This document shows positions 18,004-26,604 of a DNA stretch of 64,000 nt, one piece after another. Origin of the DNA: a bacterium. Its GTDB lineage: Bacteria > Bacillota_I > Bacilli_A > RF39 > UBA660. The position numbers and the translations under genes were made by a program. Position 1 is the stretch's first letter; every line of letters starts with the position of its first letter. Where the stretch lies: assembly GCA_019421005.1 (NCBI GenBank), contig JAHZGA010000002.1:10204-74203 (forward strand), read 5' to 3'. The notes below the pieces were generated by a model. It saw nothing but the letters and a program-made list of their open reading frames with translations, searched no databases and was not told the DNA's origin.

Positions 18004-18993
18004 TTAATCTATCTCTTTTTCATAATAATTAACAATAACTTTTTCCCCATTTGGATAACATTCATAACCAGTTTTAATATATTTGGTAAAACCCATATTA
18101 AAATATATTTGCATATTTCGTACTTCACATGGTTCTACACCCAATGTTAATGATGTAAAACCTCTTTCTTTTAAATCTTTTTCCATAAATTTGTAAATCA
18201 TAGAAAAATATCCTTTATTCTCAAAATCCTTATTTGTTCTAAAAGCACTCAAATAAGCTTTTTTACTATCAATTAAACCATCTTTATTTTGCATATCTAA
18301 ATCATTTTTAGAAATAATTGCTGTACATTCAGTAATTATTTCTTCATTTAATAATCCCATATAGACAATTCTTGTATCTAAATTTCTCAAAGAAATATTT
18401 TTAAATTGTTTCCACATTAAAGAATTATTATTTCTAGCTATCTCTTCATCCCATTTTTTTATAATCATGTCTTTATTAGCTATAACACATTTATAATTTG
18501 TATCACTATCTTTTATTTTTTTTATATCTATTAATCCTCTAGTATGATAACCTTGTTTTTTATAAAACTCAATAGCAGTCTTATTATAAGCAAACACATC
18601 AATATAAATATATTCACATCCAACACTTTTAAAATAATATTCCATTTTATTCATTAGTTTTTGCCCTATACCTTTACTTCTAGTTTTTTTAGATACTATA
18701 AGTTCTGATATTTCACCACTTTTAGGGCATTTATAATCTAAATAATCATACTCATCATAAGTTCTAATATATCCCATAATTAAACCTATTATTTTATCAT
18801 TTTCTTTTGCTAAATAACATTTTCCTTTATTATTATTTACTTCTTCTAAATCTAAAATAGCCATTTTATCTCTATATTCTGAATGCAATTGATCTAAATT
18901 ATCTCTATCAATTGATAAAATATATTCCTCTAATTCAACTAATAAATCTTTTACATCCTCTAAATATTTATCTTCGTATTCTAATATTTTCAT
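18004..18993 (-). CDS. GNAT-family N-acetyltransferase (two tandem GNAT-like halves)
   Basis: The first half has RSKGIGQKLMNKME (Q/RxxGxG/A acetyl-CoA loop). The second half has ENKGYFSMIYKFME. Confidence 0.75.
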   Translation of the reverse strand: MKILEYEDKYLEDVKDLLVELEEYILSIDRDNLDQLHSEYRDKMAILDLEEVNNNKGKCYLAKENDKIIGLIMGYIRTYDEYDYLDYKCPKSGEISELIVSKKTRSKGIGQKLMNKMEYYFKSVGCEYIYIDVFAYNKTAIEFYKKQGYHTRGLIDIKKIKDSDTNYKCVIANKDMIIKKWDEEIARNNNSLMWKQFKNISLRNLDTRIVYMGLLNEEIITECTAIISKNDLDMQNKDGLIDSKKAYLSAFRTNKDFENKGYFSMIYKFMEKDLKERGFTSLTLGVEPCEVRNMQIYFNMGFTKYIKTGYECYPNGEKVIVNYYEKEID

Positions 18994-19591
18994 TTTTCAA
19001 ATAATAATCCTTTATTAATTCATATTTGGAAAAAGTTAATATTCCATCATAAAAGGTATAAGGTGATTCTTTTGTTACTTCACCAGTTTTACTAAAACCT
19101 AATTTTTCAAATATTTTACACGATGCTGTATTATCTTTTACTGCACTGGAAGAAATACCATTTATTCCTACTTCATTAAAAAGATAAGTTATCATTGCTT
19201 CAATAGCTTCTGTTGCATAACCTTTCCTTTGATAAATTGGATCAATATACCACCCTACATCACGAATAGTAATATCTTCGCCACTTTCTTGAGCAGTAAC
19301 TTGTCCTATAACTTCTTCTTTACCGCTATTGGTATATTCATTCTTTAAAAATACACTCCATCCAAATACATCACTACTATTAGCATTATCTACTTTAGAT
19401 TTATAAAATTTTTCTTGTGTTTTCCATGACCAATAGTCTTTATCATTCGCATGTTTTTTAGAACTTACTAAATACCATTTATTTACCTCTGGTATCATTA
19501 ATATTTCCCATAATCTTTTTTGTTCTTCCATTTGGGAACTTCTTAAATATAACCTTTCAGTTTCTATTGTTTTACTACCAAGCATTTTCAC
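18968..19591 (-). CDS. GNAT-family N-acetyltransferase (RimJ/RimL-like)
   Basis: TERLYLR N-terminal signature and YQRKGYATEAIEAMI acetyl-CoA loop. GTG start follows AGAGGTGA. Confidence 0.8.
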   Translation of the reverse strand: MKMLGSKTIETERLYLRSSQMEEQKRLWEILMIPEVNKWYLVSSKKHANDKDYWSWKTQEKFYKSKVDNANSSDVFGWSVFLKNEYTNSGKEEVIGQVTAQESGEDITIRDVGWYIDPIYQRKGYATEAIEAMITYLFNEVGINGISSSAVKDNTASCKIFEKLGFSKTGEVTKESPYTFYDGILTFSKYELIKDYYLKNENIRIRR

Positions 19592-19685
19592 TATAAATCA
19601 CCTCTTTATCTTAATTATTAATATCTTATTCAAATTTTTTATCTTTCATAAAGTTGGATCAAATATCTAAATTTTATCAACCTTA

Positions 19686-20225
19686 TTATAAAGGTAATAC
19701 TTTATCTGTTTTAATTCTAACAATAACCCCTTTAACATTCTTATCAAATTTTCTCCAAGTGGTTTCTTCAAATATTTCAAAGCCTACATCTAAAAATGTT
19801 TTTAAAGTATTTTCTCTATCAATTTCAAAACTATCATATAAATATTCTATTCCATTATTATAAGCAACTTTTATTAATAACTTTAAAGCATCCTTGGAAT
19901 AACCTTTATTTCTATATTTAGCCTCAATTACTATACCACAATCATAATAATCACTATCTTTATCATATTGATAATTTACATATCCAACATACTCATTAAT
20001 ATCACAATCTTTTATATATGCAAAATATCTATTTTCATTTATTCTTCTATCATAAACCTCTTGCCATCTTTCTTTAGGAAAATCAATACATCCTGTATCA
20101 TAATGATATCCAAAATAAGTTACATCATATCCAGCATTATAACTCATTGTAGTTGGATCACTTTCTAATTTTTGTTCATAAGAGTATTCTTTTATTTGTG
20201 GAACTACTAATTTTATATTTTTCAT
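19686..20225 (-). CDS. GNAT-family N-acetyltransferase
   Basis: YRNKGYSKDALKLLI acetyl-CoA loop. The start directly abuts the stop of the upstream ASCH-deaminase gene. Confidence 0.8.
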   Translation of the reverse strand: MKNIKLVVPQIKEYSYEQKLESDPTTMSYNAGYDVTYFGYHYDTGCIDFPKERWQEVYDRRINENRYFAYIKDCDINEYVGYVNYQYDKDSDYYDCGIVIEAKYRNKGYSKDALKLLIKVAYNNGIEYLYDSFEIDRENTLKTFLDVGFEIFEETTWRKFDKNVKGVIVRIKTDKVLPL

Positions 20226-20975
20226 TTATACTCTTTCTTTTCCCCACCAACTAGGAATTAAAGTTTCTAACTTAATTGTCTCTTTATTTTTTAATTCCTT
20301 TAATATTTCAATATTCTTACTATTCTTATCTAACTGCATTAAATATTCCCTACAAACTCCACATGGATAAATAACATTTCCTTTTGAATCAATACACACC
20401 AATTTTATAATTTCATTTTCTCCATTAGTTATCATATTTGCAATAGCATTTCTTTCTGCACACATTCCTAAACTTGAAGCAGTATCTATACAAACTCCAG
20501 TATAAATATTATGATTTTTAGTTAATATTGCTGCACTAACTTGACCAGCATAAATCATACCTGATACTTTTCTAGAATTTCTAACCATTTTAGCTTTTTT
20601 ATATAACTCTTTCCAAACAGTATTTTCACTATACAAGTATTCCACCTCAATAGCGTATACGCCATTTTTCTTAATAGCCTCTTCATATCCATTAATTTTG
20701 TTTACATTTTTAATTGATTTTTCTTTATTATTTGTTGAAGATGTTGTATATTTTGTACCTTCTAAAGTAAATAACTCATCTAGCGTATTATAATAATTTA
20801 CACGTTCTACTCTTACATAAAATATACCTAATTTGTTACTAGTAAATTCAATAACATCGTTTTTTCTTAATTTGCCATAATCATACTTTCCAGTATTTGC
20901 CCTTATTTCTATTTTTTTAGAACCTTTTTTAATACTTTCACTGGCTCTATCATTAATTTCTAATTTAAATACCAT
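20226..20975 (-). CDS. ASCH (PUA-like) domain fused to a cytidine/blasticidin-S-deaminase-family zinc deaminase
   Basis: N-terminus: IKKGSKKIEIRANTG...NDVIEFTS...GVYAIEVEYL (ASCH-like). C-terminus: CAERNAI ... PCGVCREYL (CDA-fold zinc ligands). Confidence 0.75.
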   Translation of the reverse strand: MVFKLEINDRASESIKKGSKKIEIRANTGKYDYGKLRKNDVIEFTSNKLGIFYVRVERVNYYNTLDELFTLEGTKYTTSSTNNKEKSIKNVNKINGYEEAIKKNGVYAIEVEYLYSENTVWKELYKKAKMVRNSRKVSGMIYAGQVSAAILTKNHNIYTGVCIDTASSLGMCAERNAIANMITNGENEIIKLVCIDSKGNVIYPCGVCREYLMQLDKNSKNIEILKELKNKETIKLETLIPSWWGKERV

Positions 20976-20989
20976 TTTCTTTCTCCTTT

Positions 20990-21015
20990 AAAAAAATTCT
21001 GCATAATGCAGAATT
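20990..21015 (-). terminator. intrinsic terminator of the leader (attenuator) upstream of the ASCH-deaminase gene
   Basis: Minus strand reads AATTCTGCA-TTA-TGCAGAATT followed by a U7 run. The RBS AAAGGAG and ATG 20975 follow immediately. Confidence 0.7.
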
Positions 21016-21036
21016 AATTAAAGTAAAATGATACAT

Positions 21037-21093
21037 CTAGTATATTAAAAGTGCGATTAATTCTGCATTATTTATAATTCGTAAATTTTTCAT
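21037..21093 (-). CDS. 18-codon leader peptide ORF (MKNLRIINNAELIALLIY)
   Basis: Not in the ORF track. AAAGGAGTG lies 8 nt upstream of ATG 21093, and the ORF ends at TAG 21037-21039. Codons 8-13 constitute antiterminator segment A. Confidence 0.45.
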   Translation of the reverse strand: MKNLRIINNAELIALLIY

Positions 21094-21123
21094 AATTAAT
21101 CACACTCCTTTCTTTAAAACAAT

Positions 21124-21152
21124 TTACACATTCATTATAAAATATTTATTCT
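21124..21152 (-). promoter_or_regulatory. consensus sigma-A-type promoter for the leader/ASCH-deaminase operon
   Basis: Minus strand reads TTGACA, a 17-nt spacer, then TATAAT (21152-21147 and 21129-21124). The predicted TSS is about 21117, just upstream of the leader SD. Confidence 0.65.
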
Positions 21153-21217
21153 ACTTTGTCAAATCATTTGTAAATATATTTTTTTTATGTTAAAATAACT
21201 TGAACGGAGGAATACGT

Positions 21218-21916
21218 ATGAAAAAATTTATTTTACCTATAGTCATTATATTCATAATTCTTGTTTTTAGTTTTAATATTCCTAAAGATAATAAAACTGA
21301 AAAAATAAAAAAAGTTGATGAAATTAAAGAACAAGAAAATATAAAAGAACAAAATAACTTTGATAATTTGATGAAAAACTATGATAACAAAAACATTCTT
21401 GCTTTTGTAGAAATTCCTAATGTTCTTTTAGAACCAATCGTTCAAGCTGATGATAATGAATACTATTTAAACTATAACATCAACAATGAAAAAGATATCA
21501 ACGGAGCGACATTTTTAGATTATAGAATTAATATAAATAATTCTAATAAAATATTAATTTATGGCCACAGTGATAAGTCCAAAACATTACCCTTTACTAA
21601 ATTATCAAATTATAAAGATAAAGATTTCTTTATAAAAAATCCATATATATATTTATATACTAAAGATAATAATTATAAATTTAAAATCTTTTCTACCTAT
21701 ATCGAAACTAGTGATTTTGATTACTTAAATATTGAAAGTTTTAATGGACTAACTTGGTTAGAACATTTAAAAAAGCTTAAAAATAAATCATTTTATGAAA
21801 CAAATGTTGAAGTAGAAGATAATAAAAAAATCATTATTTTACAAACTTGTAGTTTTGATAATGAGTATAAAAATTATAGTCAAAAATATCATTTAGTAAT
21901 AGGAATATCTACATAA
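21218..21916 (+). CDS. srtB: class B sortase
   Basis: N-terminal anchor, LIYGHS (catalytic His region), IIILQTCS (TLxTC-type Cys). ATG 21218 follows GGAGGAA. Confidence 0.8.
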   Translation: MKKFILPIVIIFIILVFSFNIPKDNKTEKIKKVDEIKEQENIKEQNNFDNLMKNYDNKNILAFVEIPNVLLEPIVQADDNEYYLNYNINNEKDINGATFLDYRININNSNKILIYGHSDKSKTLPFTKLSNYKDKDFFIKNPYIYLYTKDNNYKFKIFSTYIETSDFDYLNIESFNGLTWLEHLKKLKNKSFYETNVEVEDNKKIIILQTCSFDNEYKNYSQKYHLVIGIST

Positions 21917-21980
21917 CATTGACACATAGAAATTGATTTTATAAAACTTATAAGCTATAATTAAATTAGGATGTGATTTT

Positions 21981-22916
21981 ATGGATATTAATGAACTAGA
22001 AAAATTAAGAAAAAAAATTGTTTTAAACAAAGTAACTATTTATCTTATCTACCTTGCCCTTTACCCAGTATTTATTATTTTATGTAACCAATACCTTAAA
22101 ACTTATATTGAAAATGGTGCTGGAATAGCTGTTTATGTAGTCGGAATAGTATTTTTTATAGTCTTTACTACTATAACAGATAATATTGTTAATAAAAAAA
22201 ATCTAAATTTTTTCATTAGAAAATATAAAGAAAAATTTGTTGAAAATACTTTTAAACAAGTATTCGATAATTTTACTTATGAACCTAATCAAGGTTTAAG
22301 TAAAGAAAGATTTAGGAAAACTAATATTTTAAAATATGATGATATATATTCCTCAAATGATTATATGCAAGGTACATATCATAATACTAGTTTTGAAATA
22401 GCTGATGTAGAAATTAAAGAAGAACATACCTCTACCGATAGTGATGGTCATAGAAATACTTATTACTTAACAGTCTTTTTAGGAAAATGGTTTATTTTTA
22501 ATTTTAATAAAAACTTTAAAAATAATCTTCAAATTGTTGAAAAAGATTTTAAAACATTTAATGAAAGAAATTGGGGAAATGAAAAATTACATAAACTAGA
22601 ATTAGAAAGCGTATCATTTAATAAGGATTTTAAAGTATATTGCCATGATGATCATGAAGCTTTTTATATCTTGACACCTAACTTTATGAATAATATTGAA
22701 AATCTATGTAAAAAAACTAAAGGTTATATAGTATTAGGATTTATGAATAATCAATTACATATTGGTTTAAATACTCTTAAAGATTCTTTTGAACCAAATA
22801 TATTTAAAAAAATTGATGAAAATATAATTTCTAATGAAGTTAATAATAATATCAAAGAAATAATAACTTTTATTGATGAATTAGGTTTAGATAACAACTT
22901 ATTTAAGGAGAATTAA
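21981..22916 (+). CDS. DUF3137-like membrane protein
   Basis: Two N-terminal TM helices followed by a cytoplasmic domain (..YMQGTYHNTSFEIADVEIKEEH..TVFLGKWFIFNFNKNF..) that I recognise from memory as DUF3137. This family is the usual partner of LemA. Confidence 0.55.
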   Translation: MDINELEKLRKKIVLNKVTIYLIYLALYPVFIILCNQYLKTYIENGAGIAVYVVGIVFFIVFTTITDNIVNKKNLNFFIRKYKEKFVENTFKQVFDNFTYEPNQGLSKERFRKTNILKYDDIYSSNDYMQGTYHNTSFEIADVEIKEEHTSTDSDGHRNTYYLTVFLGKWFIFNFNKNFKNNLQIVEKDFKTFNERNWGNEKLHKLELESVSFNKDFKVYCHDDHEAFYILTPNFMNNIENLCKKTKGYIVLGFMNNQLHIGLNTLKDSFEPNIFKKIDENIISNEVNNNIKEIITFIDELGLDNNLFKEN

Positions 22917-22917
22917 T

Positions 22918-23445
22918 ATGTGGATAATATTAGGAATTGTTTTAATAATTTTAATATGGTATATATCAACCTATAATAAATTTAAAAAATTAATTATAAA
23001 AGTAGATGAAGCTGATTCAGGTATAGATGTTGCACTTACAAAAAGATATGATTTAATTACTAAAATGGTTGATGTTGTTAAAGGTTATACTAAACATGAA
23101 AAAGAAACTATTTTAGAAGTAATTAAATTAAGAAAACATATGAGTATTAATGAAAAAAATGAAGTTTTAAATAAAATGAATAATTCAATAAATAAAATTG
23201 AAATTATAGCTGAAAATTATCCTGATTTAAAGGCTAGTGAAAATTTTAAAATATTACAAAAATCTTTATTAAATGTTGAAGAACATTTAGCAGCATCTAG
23301 AAGAATGTATAATTCTAATGTATCAATTTATAATCAATATTTAGAATCTTTTCCATCAATGATTATAGGATCAATTTTAAAACTCACTAAAAAAGAATAT
23401 TTTGAAGCAGATGATGAAAAAACTGTTAATATATCATTAAAGTAG
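22918..23445 (+). CDS. lemA: LemA family protein
   Basis: N-terminal TM helix, YNKFKKLIIKVDEADSGIDVALTKRYDLI..., and NYPDLKASENFKILQKSLLNVEEHLAASRRMYN, typical of LemA. Translationally coupled to the upstream gene (TAATATG). Confidence 0.85.
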   Translation: MWIILGIVLIILIWYISTYNKFKKLIIKVDEADSGIDVALTKRYDLITKMVDVVKGYTKHEKETILEVIKLRKHMSINEKNEVLNKMNNSINKIEIIAENYPDLKASENFKILQKSLLNVEEHLAASRRMYNSNVSIYNQYLESFPSMIIGSILKLTKKEYFEADDEKTVNISLK

Positions 23446-23468
23446 TAAACACTTGTTTACTACTTTTA
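23439..23468. terminator. bidirectional terminator between lemA (+) and the ASCH-dCMP deaminase gene (-)
   Basis: AGTAGTAAAC-ACTT-GTTTACTACT hairpin with T-runs/A-runs on both sides. It overlaps both stop codons. Confidence 0.65.
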
Positions 23469-24293
23469 ATATCCTCTTACACCTTCTAGGCTTTCATCAT
23501 TTTCAATTAATTCTTGAGTTAATATAGTTCGGTAACTTGTTTTACTATCACGAATAATTATTTTTTTTATTCCACTATTAATAATTACTCTTTTACACAT
23601 TGAACAAGGCATTGATTTATCAACATATTCTTGAGTTTTTGAGTCTATTCCTACCATATAAAGAGTACCATCAAGCATATCTTTTCTTGAAGCTGATATA
23701 ATTGCATTTTGTTCAGCATGAACACTACGACACATTTCATATCTTTCCCCTCTAGGAATATTAAGGCTTTCTCTAATACAATATCCTAAATCATCACAAT
23801 TTTTTCTTTTTCTAGGGGCACCATTATAACCAGTTGAAATTATTTCATCATTTTTAACTATAATTGCTCCCCATTTTTTTCTTAAACATGTTGATCTCTC
23901 TAAAGCAGTTTCAGCTATGTTTAAATAATAATTATTTTTATCAATTCTATTGACATTATTTATAAGTTTAATTTCTATACCAACAACACCATATTTTTTT
24001 ATATCATCTTCACTGTAATATTGTTCCATATCATTGGGATCACTTTTTTCATCTTTATTATATCCTAAACTTATTTTATCAAATTTTTCATATAATTTTT
24101 TAAAACTATCAAATAAATGTAATTTTAAAACTTCAACAGTAATTACTTCACTATTAGATAAATTAGTAAACTCAATTAAATCACCTGGTTGAATTTTTTT
24201 TCTTTTTTCATCAAATAATCTTAATTCAATTGTTTTAGTTTGATTTTTTATTTTTTGAAATGGATTATCTTGTAATTTCATTCTATATATCAT
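23466..24293 (-). CDS. ASCH (PUA-like) domain fused to a dCMP/ComEB-type deoxycytidylate deaminase
   Basis: N-terminus: FQKIKNQTKTIELRLFDEKRKKIQPGDLIEFTN...KYGVVGIEIKLI (ASCH-like). C-terminus: HAEQNAI ... PCSMCKRVIINSGI. Start chosen at ATG 24293 after AGAGGTG. Confidence 0.8.
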   Translation of the reverse strand: MIYRMKLQDNPFQKIKNQTKTIELRLFDEKRKKIQPGDLIEFTNLSNSEVITVEVLKLHLFDSFKKLYEKFDKISLGYNKDEKSDPNDMEQYYSEDDIKKYGVVGIEIKLINNVNRIDKNNYYLNIAETALERSTCLRKKWGAIIVKNDEIISTGYNGAPRKRKNCDDLGYCIRESLNIPRGERYEMCRSVHAEQNAIISASRKDMLDGTLYMVGIDSKTQEYVDKSMPCSMCKRVIINSGIKKIIIRDSKTSYRTILTQELIENDESLEGVRGY

Positions 24294-24376
24294 TTTATAC
24301 ACCTCTAAATTAATAATAACATATTAAAAAGTTATATTCAATATTTAAAAAAAAATATATTAAATTTAACATATTT

Positions 24377-25093
24377 TTATAAATTAAATATAAAGACAAA
24401 CCTATCTCTATTTTGTAAATCTTTTTCAATCTTAATAATACTTTGGGGAAAATACTTTAAAGCTATATTTTTTACCATCTCACCTTGAAGAGCACCTATT
24501 TCAAAGGCTAATAAATTTTTTTTATTTAAATAATTTACACAACCACTTAATATTTTTTCATAAAATTCTAAACCATTATTTGAAGCATATAAAGCTATAT
24601 TAGGTTCGTTATTTTTAACGATATCTTCTATTTCTTCATCTTCACTTATATAAGGAGGATTACTAATTAAAATATCTTGTTTTTCATAAATAGGTTCTAA
24701 TAAATTACCTAATAAAAATTCAATTTCAACATTATTTTCTAATGCATTATTTCTAGCAACATCTAAAGCTTTATCAGAAATATCTACTGCAACCACTTTA
24801 GAATCTGGTAATTTTTTTTTCAAAGTTATAGCTATACAACCACTACCTGTTCCTATATCAGCTATTTTTATGTCTTTTGAAAAATATTTCAAAATATATT
24901 TATACGTTCTACTAACTAATTCTTCTGTTTCAAATCTAGGAATTAAAACATTTTCATTAACATTAATTTTCAAACCATAAAAATTAACATTTCCAACAAT
25001 ATATTGAACTGGAATATTATTTTTTAATTTTAAAATAGCTTCATCCAATTTATTTGGTTCTATATATTTTTTTAAATATTCTAAATCACTCAC
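24377..25093 (-). CDS. prmC: release-factor glutamine N5-methyltransferase
   Basis: [13 protein letters not shown] motif and ISNPPYIS (NPPY). Overlaps the prfA stop. Confidence 0.92.
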   Translation of the reverse strand: MSDLEYLKKYIEPNKLDEAILKLKNNIPVQYIVGNVNFYGLKINVNENVLIPRFETEELVSRTYKYILKYFSKDIKIADIGTGSGCIAITLKKKLPDSKVVAVDISDKALDVARNNALENNVEIEFLLGNLLEPIYEKQDILISNPPYISEDEEIEDIVKNNEPNIALYASNNGLEFYEKILSGCVNYLNKKNLLAFEIGALQGEMVKNIALKYFPQSIIKIEKDLQNRDRFVFIFNL

Positions 25094-26144
25094 CTTGTAA
25101 TTTCCTTTTTTGATCTTCAGTAATTAAGGCATTTATAATTTCACTTAAATCCCCTTCCATAACTCTATCTAGTTGTTTTAAAGTAAAACCAATTCGATGA
25201 TCAGTTACTCTATTTTGAGGATAATTGTAAGTTCTTATTTTTTCTGAACGATCACCAGTACCTATTTTATTTCTTCTTTCTTTTCCTAATTCCTCTTCTT
25301 GTTTTCTTATTTTTTCTTCATAAAGTCTTGTTTTTAACATTTTCATACAATGTTCTTTATTTTGAATTTGACTTCTTTCATTTTGACAAGTTACAACAAT
25401 TCCAGTTGGAATATGAGTTATTCTAACCGCACTGTCGGTTGTATTTACTCCTTGCCCACCTTTTCCACTACTACGATAAACATCTATTCTAAGGTCATTA
25501 GGATTAATGTCTATTTCAACATTATCATCAGCTTCAGGCATAACTAATACTGTTGCAGTTGAGGTATGAACTCTACCTTGAGTTTCAGTTACAGGTACTC
25601 TTTGCACTCTATGAGCACCACTTTCATATTTTAATTTTGAATATACATTATTTCCTTTAATTAAAAATTCAATTTGAGAAAATCCTCCTGCTTCAGAAAC
25701 TTCTTCATTCATTACTTCAACTTTATAGCCTTCTTTTTCACAATATTTTGTATACATTCTAAATAAATCACCAGCAAATATATTAGCTTCATCTCCACCA
25801 GCTGCACCTCTAATTTCCATAACAACATTTTTATCATCATTAGGATCTTTAGGTAATAAAACTATTTCTAGTTTTTCTTCTAAAGAAGTTTTTAATTTTT
25901 CTAATCTTTCTAACTCTTCTTTAGAAAATTCAATAAATTCTGGATCACTTCCCATCTCTTTAGCGTCTTTTATATCATTTATTACTTGTTTATACTCTTG
26001 ATATAATTGATATGCTTCTTCCAATCCAGATTTTTCTTTAGATAAAACCATCATTCTTTTTATATCATTAACAATTTCCTGATTCATCATTTCATCATTA
26101 ATCTCTAAATATCTTTTTTCAATATTATTTAAACGTTCTAACAT
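25086..26144 (-). CDS. prfA: peptide chain release factor 1
   Basis: [14 protein letters not shown] (PxT region) and [16 protein letters not shown] (GGQ). Confidence 0.97.
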   Translation of the reverse strand: MLERLNNIEKRYLEINDEMMNQEIVNDIKRMMVLSKEKSGLEEAYQLYQEYKQVINDIKDAKEMGSDPEFIEFSKEELERLEKLKTSLEEKLEIVLLPKDPNDDKNVVMEIRGAAGGDEANIFAGDLFRMYTKYCEKEGYKVEVMNEEVSEAGGFSQIEFLIKGNNVYSKLKYESGAHRVQRVPVTETQGRVHTSTATVLVMPEADDNVEIDINPNDLRIDVYRSSGKGGQGVNTTDSAVRITHIPTGIVVTCQNERSQIQNKEHCMKMLKTRLYEEKIRKQEEELGKERRNKIGTGDRSEKIRTYNYPQNRVTDHRIGFTLKQLDRVMEGDLSEIINALITEDQKRKLQGE

Positions 26145-26159
26145 AAGACCTCCTAAAGC

Positions 26160-26588
26160 TCATTCATCAACATCTATTTCTTCATCTTTAATTATTGCTA
26201 AATCATCTAATTCTTCATCTATATCTAATTCTTCATCAATGTTATCAATGTCATCAATATCATTGATTACTTCCTCTTCAATTACCTCTTCTTCTTCAGT
26301 TTCTATATCATCTTCATCATCTATATCCATTACTTCAATAGAGTGATGATCTCTTAAATCCCATTTACCATCATCAAGTAAAACAAAGCGTTTATCAATA
26401 GTTAATGAAGTATAATAATCTCCAATCTTATTTTGATAATCATTTTCAGTATAACCAAGCAAATCACAAATACTTCTAAAAATATCTGGAGTTGTCATTG
26501 ATTTTTTATTTTCCTTTAATAATTCATAAGTTAAATCTGTATAAGACATTTGTTCAATTTCTTCTTTTGGTATATTTTTTAATTTCAT
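26160..26588 (-). CDS. rpoE: DNA-directed RNA polymerase subunit delta
   Basis: N-terminal HARE-HTH-like MSYTDLTYELLKENKKSMTTPDIF...GKWDLRDHH, followed by a long Asp/Glu-rich tail. ATG 26588 follows GAGGA. Confidence 0.88.
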   Translation of the reverse strand: MKLKNIPKEEIEQMSYTDLTYELLKENKKSMTTPDIFRSICDLLGYTENDYQNKIGDYYTSLTIDKRFVLLDDGKWDLRDHHSIEVMDIDDEDDIETEEEEVIEEEVINDIDDIDNIDEELDIDEELDDLAIIKDEEIDVDE

Positions 26589-26604
26589 TTTTTTCCTCAA
26601 CTTT

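Larger units (their letters stand above)
20990..21117 (-). promoter_or_regulatory. candidate ribosome-dependent transcription attenuator (leader ORF plus antiterminator/terminator)
   Basis: The 16-nt segment A ATAATGCAGAATTAAT (21071-21056, inside the leader ORF) is perfectly complementary to segment B ATTAATTCTGCATTAT (21018-21003). B also forms the 5' arm of the terminator, so A:B and the terminator are mutually exclusive. Confidence 0.6.
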
